From IMG/VR virus record IMGVR_UViG_3300047561_001492, positions 6,103 to 70,102 of that record: 64,000 nucleotides of DNA. One strand, written 5' to 3'. The notes under the pieces were generated by a model that was not told where the DNA came from, made no database searches, and was given only the letters and a program-made list of their open reading frames with translations. Position numbers and translations under genes: made by a program. This document shows positions 21,651-31,218 of this stretch, in pieces. Numbering within the stretch: the first letter of the stretch is position 1; every line of letters starts with the position of its first letter. Origin of the DNA: a virus. Taxonomy: Duplodnaviria; Caudoviricetes.

Positions 21651-22025
21651 CTAGGCACCTTCTCTCAAGATCTTTTTGGCTTTCGTATCTAAATCTTCCA
21701 TAGATTTAATTCCTTCAGCATTAACTGCCGTTGCATTATAGCGCGAGTTCCATTTTGAAAACTCTTGAGTTAGACGATCCATTAAGACCTTACGATCTTC
21801 TGTAGGAACCAGGCCTACTTTATAAGCATGTGCTTGTAAATCAGTCATATTCATTTCTGTTAATTGTCCACGATATTCATCGGAACTTTGTGCAGTATAT
21901 ATTGATAATGACTCGCCAAGAATTTCATCTAGTGTCATTGGCGCACGCTTTACTGTTCCAGACTCATCTTTCCCATGAATTTGTAGCATTTGTTTGGATG
22001 GACGACCTCTTTTTTTAGCATTCAT
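21651..22025 (-). CDS. Hypothetical protein with N-terminal AT-hook-like KKRGRPSK motif (124 aa)
   Basis: ORF track; RGRP core seen directly. Confidence 0.6.
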   Translation of the reverse strand: MNAKKRGRPSKQMLQIHGKDESGTVKRAPMTLDEILGESLSIYTAQSSDEYRGQLTEMNMTDLQAHAYKVGLVPTEDRKVLMDRLTQEFSKWNSRYNATAVNAEGIKSMEDLDTKAKKILREGA

Positions 22026-22067
22026 ATTAATTATTATGATAATTTGTATAAAAATAATCTAATATTT

Positions 22068-22853
22068 TTAATATAAAAATATATTTTTAATTTTAGGATT
22101 CATATACATCGCTGCTGTCGCCATATTAGATACTGGATGAATCAAATAATCTGATTTACTTAAAATAAAACTTTCTAAATAATGATATGCCCCATCTATA
22201 GCACGCATATTATTTACATGATGTGGTTCAATATCATCAGCATTGTTTGATCGTTTTATAAATTGGTTATATATAATATTATAGTTTTTTTTAAAAAAAT
22301 TTAAACTTTCTAAATTATCTATCGCACAAACTAAAATATATTTATTTATATTTAAAGTTTCTATTGCTGAAATATATTTATCAAGACTCGGCATAACCCC
22401 ATTCGGTTGTTCACGACTTAAGTTATTATTTCTAATTAATAAGCCAATTTTAGGTATATTTTTATATTTTTCTAATTGATTAATATAAATTGTATTATAT
22501 ACTTGATTTAAATATTTTGTATGTACTATATATTTATTATATATTTCGTTATAATCAAATTTCCATTTTGGATCATTTGAGTGATACTTATCTATTATAT
22601 ATGGACCAGTATCTTTTGAATATAAAAATTCTTTTATTTTTATTTGTTTTTCATGGTCTTGTAAATGTGAATTATATTCTTCAAATAAAATTTTGAAAAT
22701 ACATCCGGAATTATATCTAAATACTTTAGTATCCTTCATATTCCATAAAACTTTATTAATATTATTATTATAATATTTAAGTCCTTGCATCACTAAATTA
22801 AATTGAGAAAAAAAACCTCCACCATAGTCATGTGGAGAAAAAATAATATCCAT
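22068..22853 (-). CDS. Fucosyltransferase-like glycosyltransferase (NodZ/GT23- or GT11-like, 261 aa)
   Basis: 'IGLLIRNNN' (HxR-type motif), 'YILVCAID', 'ESFILSKSDYLIHPVSNMATAAMYMNP'; very AT-rich insert after the capsid terminator. Confidence 0.6.
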   Translation of the reverse strand: MDIIFSPHDYGGGFFSQFNLVMQGLKYYNNNINKVLWNMKDTKVFRYNSGCIFKILFEEYNSHLQDHEKQIKIKEFLYSKDTGPYIIDKYHSNDPKWKFDYNEIYNKYIVHTKYLNQVYNTIYINQLEKYKNIPKIGLLIRNNNLSREQPNGVMPSLDKYISAIETLNINKYILVCAIDNLESLNFFKKNYNIIYNQFIKRSNNADDIEPHHVNNMRAIDGAYHYLESFILSKSDYLIHPVSNMATAAMYMNPKIKNIFLY

Positions 22854-22870
22854 TCAAGTCTTTTTACACT

Positions 22871-22902
22871 AAAAAAAAAGAGCCGCCCCGAAGGACGGCT
22901 CT
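22871..22902 (-). terminator. Intrinsic terminator after major capsid gene
   Basis: Minus strand AGAGCCGTCC-TTCG-GGGCGGCTCT followed by a T tract (UUCG tetraloop). Confidence 0.9.
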
Positions 22903-22927
22903 AATTTTTTATCTATTGATTGATTTA

Positions 22928-24040
22928 TTATGTAACAATCAAACCAACAGCGGCACGAGCATCAACAGCCACGCGACCTTCTTCTACGAAACTGTAGAAG
23001 CCGACCTTTTGACTGCGCGATAAGAACTGATCATCAGGAAGAACCTTGACTTGACCACGGCTTTCGCTCTGAACTGCTACTGGGCGCAAGAAGGCATTAC
23101 GACTTGCATCAATACCAACGATAAGCTCACTCGAAGAACTTACGAAGGCACTGCCGCCATCATATGCCGTACTTCCAGCAAAAGTAGAGAATAAATCGTT
23201 ATATTTACGACTAGTTCCTAACTCAAGCATTTCATTGATAGTTACGCCGAAGATTTCGGTTGCACCAGCTGCACGATAGATTTGTTCACGAACACTATCA
23301 GGAAGAGCTATAGAAGTAGCACCACTTGTCTCAGTTTTTCCAGAACGCGTGTTCATTGGCTGATAAGCAAATGCGCGAATCTGAGCTTTAACTTCTGGAC
23401 TTACGAATAAGTCTGTCAAACCACGGCTTTGGAAAGCTTGTGGAGTGCCACCCGTGTAAGCAGAGTTAAGTCTGCGAACAAGAGTCCAGAGTCTATTCAT
23501 GTCATCAAGTTGGAACACATCACTAGCAGTGCTCTTGAGAATGTGACGAGTACCTTGCGTACTTGCTTCGGCCAAGAGTTTGAGAATAACAGCCCATGCA
23601 TTACGCTCTTGTTTAACCAAGATTTCATTGGCCATACGCTCTAAACCAGCAGCAACAACGTCGAGGCGAGCCCTACGAACATAACGCTTGTCCATGGAGA
23701 TAGCACTATCAAGACGATAGGTATTAATCTTCATCTCTTGCATGCCTTGAACAAAGTTTGTTGGGAGTCCACCACCGACAGTCTGCGACCAAACGCTTAC
23801 ACTACCCTCATTTTGACCATAGTATAAGTCGAGAGGGATCGAAGGAGCGTCCTCATCGTCAAATTCTACGTCACGATAGATCATACTGGCTGTTCCAGCT
23901 TGTTCGAGAACTTGCTGAACAACAGTACTGATGAAAGCTGCGAAAGCTTCTTGGGCTTCCAAAGCTACAGTTTTATTGTCCGAAGCAAGAGCCTTGATAA
24001 GCTCGATTTGCTCAGGATTTTTTTCGAATTGAATTTTCAT
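22928..24040 (-). CDS. Major capsid protein (370 aa)
   Basis: Follows protease/scaffold and decoration genes; distinctly GC-richer codon use; strong terminator; HK97-like pattern by eye. Confidence 0.85.
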   Translation of the reverse strand: MKIQFEKNPEQIELIKALASDNKTVALEAQEAFAAFISTVVQQVLEQAGTASMIYRDVEFDDEDAPSIPLDLYYGQNEGSVSVWSQTVGGGLPTNFVQGMQEMKINTYRLDSAISMDKRYVRRARLDVVAAGLERMANEILVKQERNAWAVILKLLAEASTQGTRHILKSTASDVFQLDDMNRLWTLVRRLNSAYTGGTPQAFQSRGLTDLFVSPEVKAQIRAFAYQPMNTRSGKTETSGATSIALPDSVREQIYRAAGATEIFGVTINEMLELGTSRKYNDLFSTFAGSTAYDGGSAFVSSSSELIVGIDASRNAFLRPVAVQSESRGQVKVLPDDQFLSRSQKVGFYSFVEEGRVAVDARAAVGLIVT

Positions 24041-24064
24041 ATTTTAATTTTTTTCTATTTAATA

Positions 24065-24607
24065 TTAGAGTTCGATCTTGAGTAAGGCGAATCCATCAGA
24101 ACCTGTAGGTCCAAGGAATTTGCCGACTGTTGCAGTACTAGCACTATATGCTACTACTTTAAGATCTCCACCACCAGCATCAGAAACGGCTGCGCCGCTA
24201 CCAAATCCTGGAGTGCCAACAATACCGCTAACAAGAACAATACCTTTTGTTAAAATAGGAACTGCTTGACCACTGACGATGACATCCATCTCAGCTGCCT
24301 TGCGTGGGTTAAAAATAAGTTTTTCACCGTTCTCGTCAACAGTACGTACGTCTTTTAAGAGCATTCCAACGATTGCGCCTTTGCTCGCGCCAGAAACGGC
24401 GGGACCAACAGACCAAGGAACGTTGTATTGCGCTGAAACAGTATTACCGTATGAAGAGAGGTTGTCTAAAGATGTAGCATCAAGTAAATTAACTCCATTG
24501 CCGTTAACAGTGACTACAGTACCTTTATTGGCACTGGCACCACTGTAAGCAAAAAGGTTAATAACATCATGCTCATCGTAATCTCTGAATGGTTTTAAAT
24601 TTGCCAT
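24065..24607 (-). CDS. Capsid decoration/cement protein (180 aa)
   Basis: Gly/Ala/Val-rich; between scaffold and capsid genes. Confidence 0.65.
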   Translation of the reverse strand: MANLKPFRDYDEHDVINLFAYSGASANKGTVVTVNGNGVNLLDATSLDNLSSYGNTVSAQYNVPWSVGPAVSGASKGAIVGMLLKDVRTVDENGEKLIFNPRKAAEMDVIVSGQAVPILTKGIVLVSGIVGTPGFGSGAAVSDAGGGDLKVVAYSASTATVGKFLGPTGSDGFALLKIEL

Positions 24608-24625
24608 AATATATTTTTCTTTCTT

Positions 24626-26431
24626 TTATTTATTGATTTTTACGCTGTTTTTATTGAAAGCCGCACTGATCTTTTCGACCAATGTAGCCTCTTGAGGCGA
24701 GGAAGCGTTCGGAAGGACTTCTTCCTTTACCTCGACACTCGAAATTACTTCTTCTACAGTTTTTTCGCTAGCTATAATTTCAGCGGCCTTCTCCTCTTTC
24801 ATTTCTTTAGGGGCTGGCTCGCCTTCTTTCATTGCTTCTTGTTTTACAACTTTAGCGGACTTTTTCTTTGCCGCTGCGAATGTAGAAAACTTCTTGTACC
24901 ACTTTTCAAAAGCCTCTTGGCTATCGAGAGTGTTTAAATCTTCAGCGATGATTGTACGATCTTCATCTGTCAAATCGAACTCTTCGTCAAGAATTGCCAT
25001 ACGATGTTGAAAAGTAGCTTCAACTTCTTTAGCTTTCAAGGATTCTTGAATTGCAACAAACTCTTCTTTGACTTTATCACTGTCAGCCTTAATTGCGTCT
25101 AAATCATTTTTCAATGTAGCAATTTGGTCTTCAGCAGCTTTAAGAGCGGTTTCCTTTTCTTCGACTTTAGATTTCCATTCGGTTGCTAACTCTGCGATCT
25201 TGTTGGAAATAAATTCACGAACATGACTTGCAGCAACTTCTTTCATGGAGTCGTCTGTAATATCATCAACATTTTTAATGTGCATAATATTTTTTACATT
25301 ATTATTTTGTGTTAGGACACTTTTTTTATTTATATTATTTTCAGAAGCTGGAAGTTCATTTTCATTTTCTGTTTCCATCTCTGTATAATCTTCGCATCCA
25401 CATTCAGGGCAAGCATCAGCTTTTACCCCGTTGTATCCGCATTTTGCGCATGTATATTTCATATCTGTAACTTCGGCACTTGTTTCAGCTGGTTTATCAT
25501 ACGAAATAGCAATACCACTTACTTCAGCGGCTGGAGTATTTGTGAAACCAATTCCTAATGGAAGAACACTACCTTGTAAATTTAATAAAATTATATCGCC
25601 ATCTTCAGTGGATCCATTACCACCGAATACTTTTAGGCGATCTTTTAATTCAACAATTTTATCTTCATCTTCTATAATAGAAGCGTCTGCTAAATTTTTA
25701 CTGCCTTTAGCGATATTAAATTCATTGAATCCAAGCTCCCAGCTTGCACTAACAGAAAGATATTGTTCGGAAGACGGATCACTACTGTCTACGAGATCAG
25801 CGGCAAACTCTGGATTTACAATTTTCCAGACGTAACCAGAAAGAACAACATTAAATGGCTCCTTCTTTGCTTTAACTTCTTCAAGGGTTAATGGTTTACT
25901 ACTTCCAAACTCACTAAAACCATATCCAGTACAAACTCCAACAACAACTTTTCGGTTATGTTCTATATTAAAAGGCTTGTTAATAAAATTTTCGACCATA
26001 GCCAAAGCAACATCTGTGCTGATAATATGACCATTTTTATTTCCGCGATTAACAACAAATGCGTCAAATGCAACGCCCATTAAATCACGATTAACGTCAA
26101 GATCAATATTCTTTGGAAGATACTCTCTTAATTGGTCAACTGAAGCTACTGCTAAATACTTGTCCTCATCAGATGAAACCCTCGCTTGAACTATAATACC
26201 ATCAAAACGAATTGAATAATTAAAATTTTTCATTGCATCCATTTGTAAATTTACACCCTCTTCTTTTAATAGGGCAACATTTTTCAACTTAGAACCTATA
26301 ATAATTTTATTATTATCTAAGCTAGTAATTTCCATAGCACAAAGTTGTATTGGACGAGTGAATGAAAAAAATAAATCAGAAGTATCAAATTCGTTTTTAT
26401 CTTCGACAGAAATATTTTCGTATGTAGGCAT
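24626..26431 (-). CDS. Prohead protease with C-terminal scaffold coiled coil (601 aa)
   Basis: 'NKPFNIEHNRKVVVG' and 'YLSVSASWELGF' (His/Ser motifs of herpes/HK97-type proteases); long E/K/A coiled coil C-terminus. Confidence 0.75.
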   Translation of the reverse strand: MPTYENISVEDKNEFDTSDLFFSFTRPIQLCAMEITSLDNNKIIIGSKLKNVALLKEEGVNLQMDAMKNFNYSIRFDGIIVQARVSSDEDKYLAVASVDQLREYLPKNIDLDVNRDLMGVAFDAFVVNRGNKNGHIISTDVALAMVENFINKPFNIEHNRKVVVGVCTGYGFSEFGSSKPLTLEEVKAKKEPFNVVLSGYVWKIVNPEFAADLVDSSDPSSEQYLSVSASWELGFNEFNIAKGSKNLADASIIEDEDKIVELKDRLKVFGGNGSTEDGDIILLNLQGSVLPLGIGFTNTPAAEVSGIAISYDKPAETSAEVTDMKYTCAKCGYNGVKADACPECGCEDYTEMETENENELPASENNINKKSVLTQNNNVKNIMHIKNVDDITDDSMKEVAASHVREFISNKIAELATEWKSKVEEKETALKAAEDQIATLKNDLDAIKADSDKVKEEFVAIQESLKAKEVEATFQHRMAILDEEFDLTDEDRTIIAEDLNTLDSQEAFEKWYKKFSTFAAAKKKSAKVVKQEAMKEGEPAPKEMKEEKAAEIIASEKTVEEVISSVEVKEEVLPNASSPQEATLVEKISAAFNKNSVKINK

Positions 26432-26536
26432 TTTAATTATTATAAATATTTACACATTATTTTTATAATTTATTAAATAAACTTAAAATTAATTTTAATA
26501 ATTGTTTTTTTAAACAATATATTATATATTCATAAT

Positions 26537-27676
26537 ATGAAAGTATTGGCATTAATTCCAGATTTTTTAGAAAAACCTTCCGGTGGACTGGGAGAACAAA
26601 TGAAAAATATTATTAATAAATTAAAAGGAAAAGTAGATTACTATATATGTGGATATCCAGAAAAAAATAACATAGAAAATTATAGATCTGTAATTGCACC
26701 TATTCCAAATTTTGACCATGTATCGCTTACAACAATTTATGGACAATCTATTTACTTTTTTGAGGCATTACAATTCAAAGAAAATTTTGATATTATTCAT
26801 GCCTGTGATTGGTCAACATTTTATGCTGGAGTATTAGCTTCGTGGCATTTTAAAAAACCATTGGTTGTCACGATGAATTTATCTTTAAATCAACTTAATC
26901 AAAATGGTATTTTTTATTGCGAAGATCCTTCAAGCGTAGATGGTAGTCATATTAATGGACTACAAGTTATATTTGAACAAATGGGCCTATATCATGCTAA
27001 TAAAATTATTCATGTTTCAGAATATTATTCAAATTTACATGCAAATTATTTAAATAAATCAGAAATTATTTACAATGGTTTAGATTTGAAAAAATGGAAA
27101 AAAGAAAATAAAAGTAATCATATTAAAGGAAAAAATAAAAATAAATTTTGCTATATTGGACGCGCCTCACATATGAAAGGTTTAGATATTATTTTAAATT
27201 CTGATATTCCATGTAATATTGATTTTTACTTTGTTGTTTCGGAAAAAAATGCTGAAGAACCATTTTATTCAAATATAAAAAATAAATGTAATAATAAAAA
27301 TATTTTTCATATTGAAGGATTGTATGACCAAGATAAAATAGATTTCTTATTTGAAATGGATGCTGTCATTATGCCAAGTAATCACGAACCATTTGGTATA
27401 GTTGCTTTAGAAGCTTTAGCGTCGGAATGTTTATTAGTTACGACAGCCACTGGTGGAATAAAAGAAATTGTTGAAGATATTGAATACTTTCATATAAATA
27501 ATACTAACGATTTAAATAATATTTATAGTGAAATAGTTAATTTATCAGAAGATAAAAAAAATCAAATAATTAAAAAGTCAACTGATAAAGTTAAAAATTT
27601 TGATTGGGATATACAATCTAATAAAGTATATAATATATATGAAGAAGTGCTTAATATGGAATATATTAGAACGTAA
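26537..27676 (+). CDS. GT4 family glycosyltransferase (379 aa)
   Basis: 'IIHACDW', 'YIGRASHMKG', 'MPSNHEPFGIVALEALASECLLVTTATGGIKEIV' (EX7E motif). Candidate promoter TTGTTT-17-TATATT, 6 nt before the ATG. Confidence 0.9.
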   Translation: MKVLALIPDFLEKPSGGLGEQMKNIINKLKGKVDYYICGYPEKNNIENYRSVIAPIPNFDHVSLTTIYGQSIYFFEALQFKENFDIIHACDWSTFYAGVLASWHFKKPLVVTMNLSLNQLNQNGIFYCEDPSSVDGSHINGLQVIFEQMGLYHANKIIHVSEYYSNLHANYLNKSEIIYNGLDLKKWKKENKSNHIKGKNKNKFCYIGRASHMKGLDIILNSDIPCNIDFYFVVSEKNAEEPFYSNIKNKCNNKNIFHIEGLYDQDKIDFLFEMDAVIMPSNHEPFGIVALEALASECLLVTTATGGIKEIVEDIEYFHINNTNDLNNIYSEIVNLSEDKKNQIIKKSTDKVKNFDWDIQSNKVYNIYEEVLNMEYIRT

Positions 27677-27680
27677 TATA

Positions 27681-28376
27681 TTATAAATATGCAGCTTGTG
27701 CGTGCATCCAATCAAAATTTCTTGAACGCCCTAAACTTGTCCAACCTTCTGACTCAACAATTTTCCAATAATCCTCATACTCTTTTTTTGCAAAAGTTGC
27801 ACGATCACGACCCCATTTTAATTGATTATTATCAGGATCTAAATCGTATGCTGCCCCCCAACTATGAATTGACCAACTCGAACCACCACGCATTCTACGA
27901 ACATTAATACAACCGCCAAACATATCAAGACGTAATTTCTCAACGTCTTTTTGTCCATAAGTTTTTAAAGTATTTTCTAATATAGTATGTAGAGAACCAA
28001 CTACTTTTTGATTACAAGTAATTTTCTTAACAATAATATTAGTATCCCAAGCTAATTTCATTTGATAAGGTAATTCAAGACTGGTTTGATTTTCACCAAC
28101 TGGTCCGTAAAAATTAACCATACTATTATAGTCCTGCTTTGGCCATTTTTGTGAAAGCGGTGTATTTTCACTAACCTTAGTAACAAACTTCCAAGTTTTT
28201 TCTCCTACGACGCCATCGGGTTTTAATCCGTGTGAAACTTGAAATTTAATTGTTTCACGTTCAGTTTGTGGCCCAAATGCACCATCAGCAACTGGAATTT
28301 TGTAGCCAGCACTTTGTAAAAATAATTGCCACTGCTTTATCTCTGGTCCAAAACTTTTTAATTTAAGGGCTTCCAT
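27681..28376 (-). CDS. Endolysin: peptidoglycan-binding domain plus M15-family peptidase (231 aa)
   Basis: 'ADGAFGPQTERETIKFQVSHGLKPDGVVGEKTW' (PG_binding_1); 'R...SIHSWGAAYDLD...DWMH' (M15 Zn motif). Confidence 0.9.
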   Translation of the reverse strand: MEALKLKSFGPEIKQWQLFLQSAGYKIPVADGAFGPQTERETIKFQVSHGLKPDGVVGEKTWKFVTKVSENTPLSQKWPKQDYNSMVNFYGPVGENQTSLELPYQMKLAWDTNIIVKKITCNQKVVGSLHTILENTLKTYGQKDVEKLRLDMFGGCINVRRMRGGSSWSIHSWGAAYDLDPDNNQLKWGRDRATFAKKEYEDYWKIVESEGWTSLGRSRNFDWMHAQAAYL

Positions 28377-28377
28377 A

Positions 28378-28857
28378 TTATTGTCCTAAATTTTTTTCTA
28401 ATGCCCAATCTATTGGTGCGTATGAAGGGTCATCTTTATATTTTTCAGCATACTTAATTGTTTGTTCATTTATAATTTTTTGTTCACTATATTCAGTGGT
28501 TGTATTATTAGTATTTGCATAAGTAGATTCAGTGCCATATTTAAAATCAATAGTAGCCTGTAGTCCTAAATATACAGAAATAATAATCGCAAATATTTTA
28601 ATAATTTCAACAAATATAGTTACGAACGAACTTGTTAATGATGGAGTATAAGCGGTTAGAAATAAAATGCCAACGCTTACAAAATAAAAAGCTACAAGTA
28701 TTCCAATTGCGCTAAACACGATAAAAAATTTTTTAGATGAAAAGAAATTAATCTTACCCAACTCTTCACGATATTCTATTGGTGTATTTGGTGGAGCTTT
28801 GCCACTTTGAAGAAAAGCCGCGGCACTCTTAGCTATATCAGTAATATTATTCCACAT
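28378..28857 (-). CDS. Holin-like membrane protein (~159 aa; start likely 28857 rather than 28962)
   Basis: Two hydrophobic helices; directly upstream of endolysin; ATG 28857 lies 2 nt after the upstream stop. Confidence 0.55.
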   Translation of the reverse strand: MWNNITDIAKSAAAFLQSGKAPPNTPIEYREELGKINFFSSKKFFIVFSAIGILVAFYFVSVGILFLTAYTPSLTSSFVTIFVEIIKIFAIIISVYLGLQATIDFKYGTESTYANTNNTTTEYSEQKIINEQTIKYAEKYKDDPSYAPIDWALEKNLGQ

Positions 28858-28859
28858 AA

Positions 28860-29405
28860 TTATAAAAATATCCATAGTGCCGAAGCCGCTGCGCCAGCGC
28901 CAGCAACTGGCAATAATAATGCATAAGCAGAATACATTGGTGGAACAAATCCCATTAACCAAATACCAACCACCATTCCAAACAATCCAGCAACAGCGGC
29001 AGCTATATTTTTAAGGCGATGATAACGTTTAATTGCATTTGTATAACTAGAAAGCCATTTTTGCGCTTCGGCTTGTTGAACAACCCCCCACTCTTTTAAG
29101 TTTGCAATATCTTTATTTAATTGTTCAATTAATATGAAACTTGTTTTTAAATCTCCATTTGCCTGATCAAGATTACTTTTTAATTTTGTGTTTTCACTTT
29201 TAGCGATTTTTAATTCACCATTTAGCTCACGCACGAGCGCGCGCGCGTCATTAATTGGATTTTGAGAAAAGGGCTGAACAACAACTAATGCTGGTTGTGG
29301 GGTTGGTTTTGCAAGTGGTCCAGAAAGTGGCGTGCCGTTCCAAGGCCAAGCGAAAGCGGTTGAAGATATGATTAATAAAATAATTAATGTTGCAAGTTTT
29401 TTCAT
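28860..29405 (-). CDS. Spanin-like protein: signal peptide, coiled coil, C-terminal TM hairpin (181 aa)
   Basis: 'MKKLATLIILLIISSTAFA'; heptad-rich middle; two C-terminal hydrophobic helices; lysis cassette. Confidence 0.5.
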   Translation of the reverse strand: MKKLATLIILLIISSTAFAWPWNGTPLSGPLAKPTPQPALVVVQPFSQNPINDARALVRELNGELKIAKSENTKLKSNLDQANGDLKTSFILIEQLNKDIANLKEWGVVQQAEAQKWLSSYTNAIKRYHRLKNIAAAVAGLFGMVVGIWLMGFVPPMYSAYALLLPVAGAGAAASALWIFL

Positions 29406-29686
29406 TTGATTGGTTCCTTTATTTTTTTGGCGTCCGCGCTTTGTTTTTCAGTTTCAATTTGTTTTAAAAGAATTTCTAATCGCTCTGCTAATGTAAGAGC
29501 CTTATCTATTTTTTCGCCAACAATTGTATTTGACTCACCAGCTTTGGCCAGATTATCTTTTGTATTATTTAATGAATTAATTACGCGATTAGTATTCGCA
29601 ATCGGAGGCGCGGCTTTTTTATGAGCTGGATTTAAACAAATACATCCTGTTAATAGTGGTGCTACAATCAATAGTAAATATCTCAT
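29402..29686 (-). CDS. Lipoprotein, o-spanin-like (94 aa)
   Basis: Lipobox LTG-C; coiled-coil body; 4-nt overlap with the spanin-like gene. Confidence 0.6.
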   Translation of the reverse strand: MRYLLLIVAPLLTGCICLNPAHKKAAPPIANTNRVINSLNNTKDNLAKAGESNTIVGEKIDKALTLAERLEILLKQIETEKQSADAKKIKEPIK

Positions 29687-29722
29687 ACTATATTATGTAC
29701 ACGTGAAATAAATTATCAAAAT

Positions 29723-30100
29723 CTATTTAATCCAACTGGCGGCAAAGATTTTATCTGAAGCACCTCTAACTGTATGAGCGGATTGCGCAATATTTTGGAC
29801 ATTATTTGTATAAGCGTAAGTTCGATAAGAACCCATCGCGTCATATGTAAAAAGTTGATTTTTTCCTGGCGGATAAAGATATGCGACCATTGCATGCCCT
29901 TTTATTTTTCCAGTCTCAGCATCCCTCCAAGAATAGCGAAAAACTTCAGACCAAACTCCATATTTTTTTAGTGATTGTTTAAATACTATGGCTGTTGGTA
30001 GGCATGCGTTTACTTCGCGTTCCATCCACAGTTCTGGATTATTAGGAGTTGTTTCGCAACCTAATAAAAATATAGTTAATATTAATAATAAATATTTCAT
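29723..30100 (-). CDS. Lipoprotein with transglutaminase/papain-like Cys-His-Asp motifs (125 aa)
   Basis: Lipobox LLG-C; 'NACLPTA', 'GHAMVAY', 'FTYDAMG'. Confidence 0.6.
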   Translation of the reverse strand: MKYLLLILTIFLLGCETTPNNPELWMEREVNACLPTAIVFKQSLKKYGVWSEVFRYSWRDAETGKIKGHAMVAYLYPPGKNQLFTYDAMGSYRTYAYTNNVQNIAQSAHTVRGASDKIFAASWIK

Positions 30101-30108
30101 ATATCTTT

Positions 30109-30810
30109 CTATACTAATAAATTTGCATAACTTTCTATTTCTTCTATTTCTTTATTAGATAATTTTCTATTATAAATAAGGATTTCAACAATATTAGCAT
30201 CTGCAAATTCTGAATACAACTGTGAAACCCAATTATATCCACGACAACCTATAGTAAAATATTGCACTTGTGGAGCAAACATAGTATTGTATGACTTATC
30301 TTGCCCATTGATTCGTAATACCCCTAAAAGATCTGAATCGATTGTAATTGTTTGTACAAAATAATTAGTAATAAAATCGCCACTAACTGGCCCTATTTGA
30401 TTATTATCATTATAATATAGATTAGATAAATAATGAAACATATAAGCTCGAGTATTAGGAAGTTCTTCATCGTCTTGTAAAAAAGAATCTAAAATACCAC
30501 GTTGTCCAAACATAGAATTATATTTATATATAGCTATATATGTTCTTTCATTATTAGCATTTATCGCGCTATTTAAATTAAATGTAAAATATTGATCGAT
30601 TCCATTAAAATGAACAGCTGGTCGTCCATTAAATTGATTTGTAATTAATGTAGGTCCATTACTAGATGCTAATGCATTGCTAGATCCACCAGATTGATCT
30701 GCCCAACTTGTTATTATGCTACCAGATTTTACGATACCCTCGTCAGCTTTAAATCTGGCTACTAGGCCATTAGTAGTTGGTTTGGGTAATTTAAGGAATC
30801 TAATACGCAT
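30109..30810 (-). CDS. LamG-like domain protein (233 aa)
   Basis: 'ARFKAD...ITSWADQSG...PTL...PAVHFNGIDQY...IVEILIYNRKLS'. Confidence 0.7.
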   Translation of the reverse strand: MRIRFLKLPKPTTNGLVARFKADEGIVKSGSIITSWADQSGGSSNALASSNGPTLITNQFNGRPAVHFNGIDQYFTFNLNSAINANNERTYIAIYKYNSMFGQRGILDSFLQDDEELPNTRAYMFHYLSNLYYNDNNQIGPVSGDFITNYFVQTITIDSDLLGVLRINGQDKSYNTMFAPQVQYFTIGCRGYNWVSQLYSEFADANIVEILIYNRKLSNKEIEEIESYANLLV

Positions 30811-30819
30811 AATATTGGA

Positions 30820-31188
30820 TTATTCTGGCGTAGGCTCTGGCATAACTTCCGTAACAGTACCATCTACATTAAAATTAAATTGTGGTAAAGTTGCCAAACG
30901 CATGTTTATTTCTTGTACAAGATCGTCACGCTTTCCTGTTAATTGGCCGATCATGAATTGTGTAAGCGCGCCATTTAATTGAAATAATTCTACGCCATTA
31001 GTTCCTAAAATTTGTAATTTTTGTGGGCGTGTGGCTGGATCACCGTGCAGTGCTTCAAAACTATCGCGCCAGCGTGTGTATAAAAATCCAGCTAATTGGG
31101 CTGGCATTTCTAATACCTGGTGCATTTGTTCAATCAATTTTAATTGATATAATTCTGGATTTTGAATTCCATTATTTAATAAGCTCAT
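30820..31188 (-). CDS. Hypothetical protein, possible fibre assembly factor (122 aa)
   Basis: Directly downstream of the long fibre gene; GTGTAA box at 31198-31203. Confidence 0.5.
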   Translation of the reverse strand: MSLLNNGIQNPELYQLKLIEQMHQVLEMPAQLAGFLYTRWRDSFEALHGDPATRPQKLQILGTNGVELFQLNGALTQFMIGQLTGKRDDLVQEINMRLATLPQFNFNVDGTVTEVMPEPTPE

Positions 31189-31218
31189 AAGTTTATATTA
31201 CACATGTTTTTGACTATT

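Noticed and set aside
15928-22025. Contractile tail sheath
   Set aside because: No sheath-sized gene next to the tube gene in this window.
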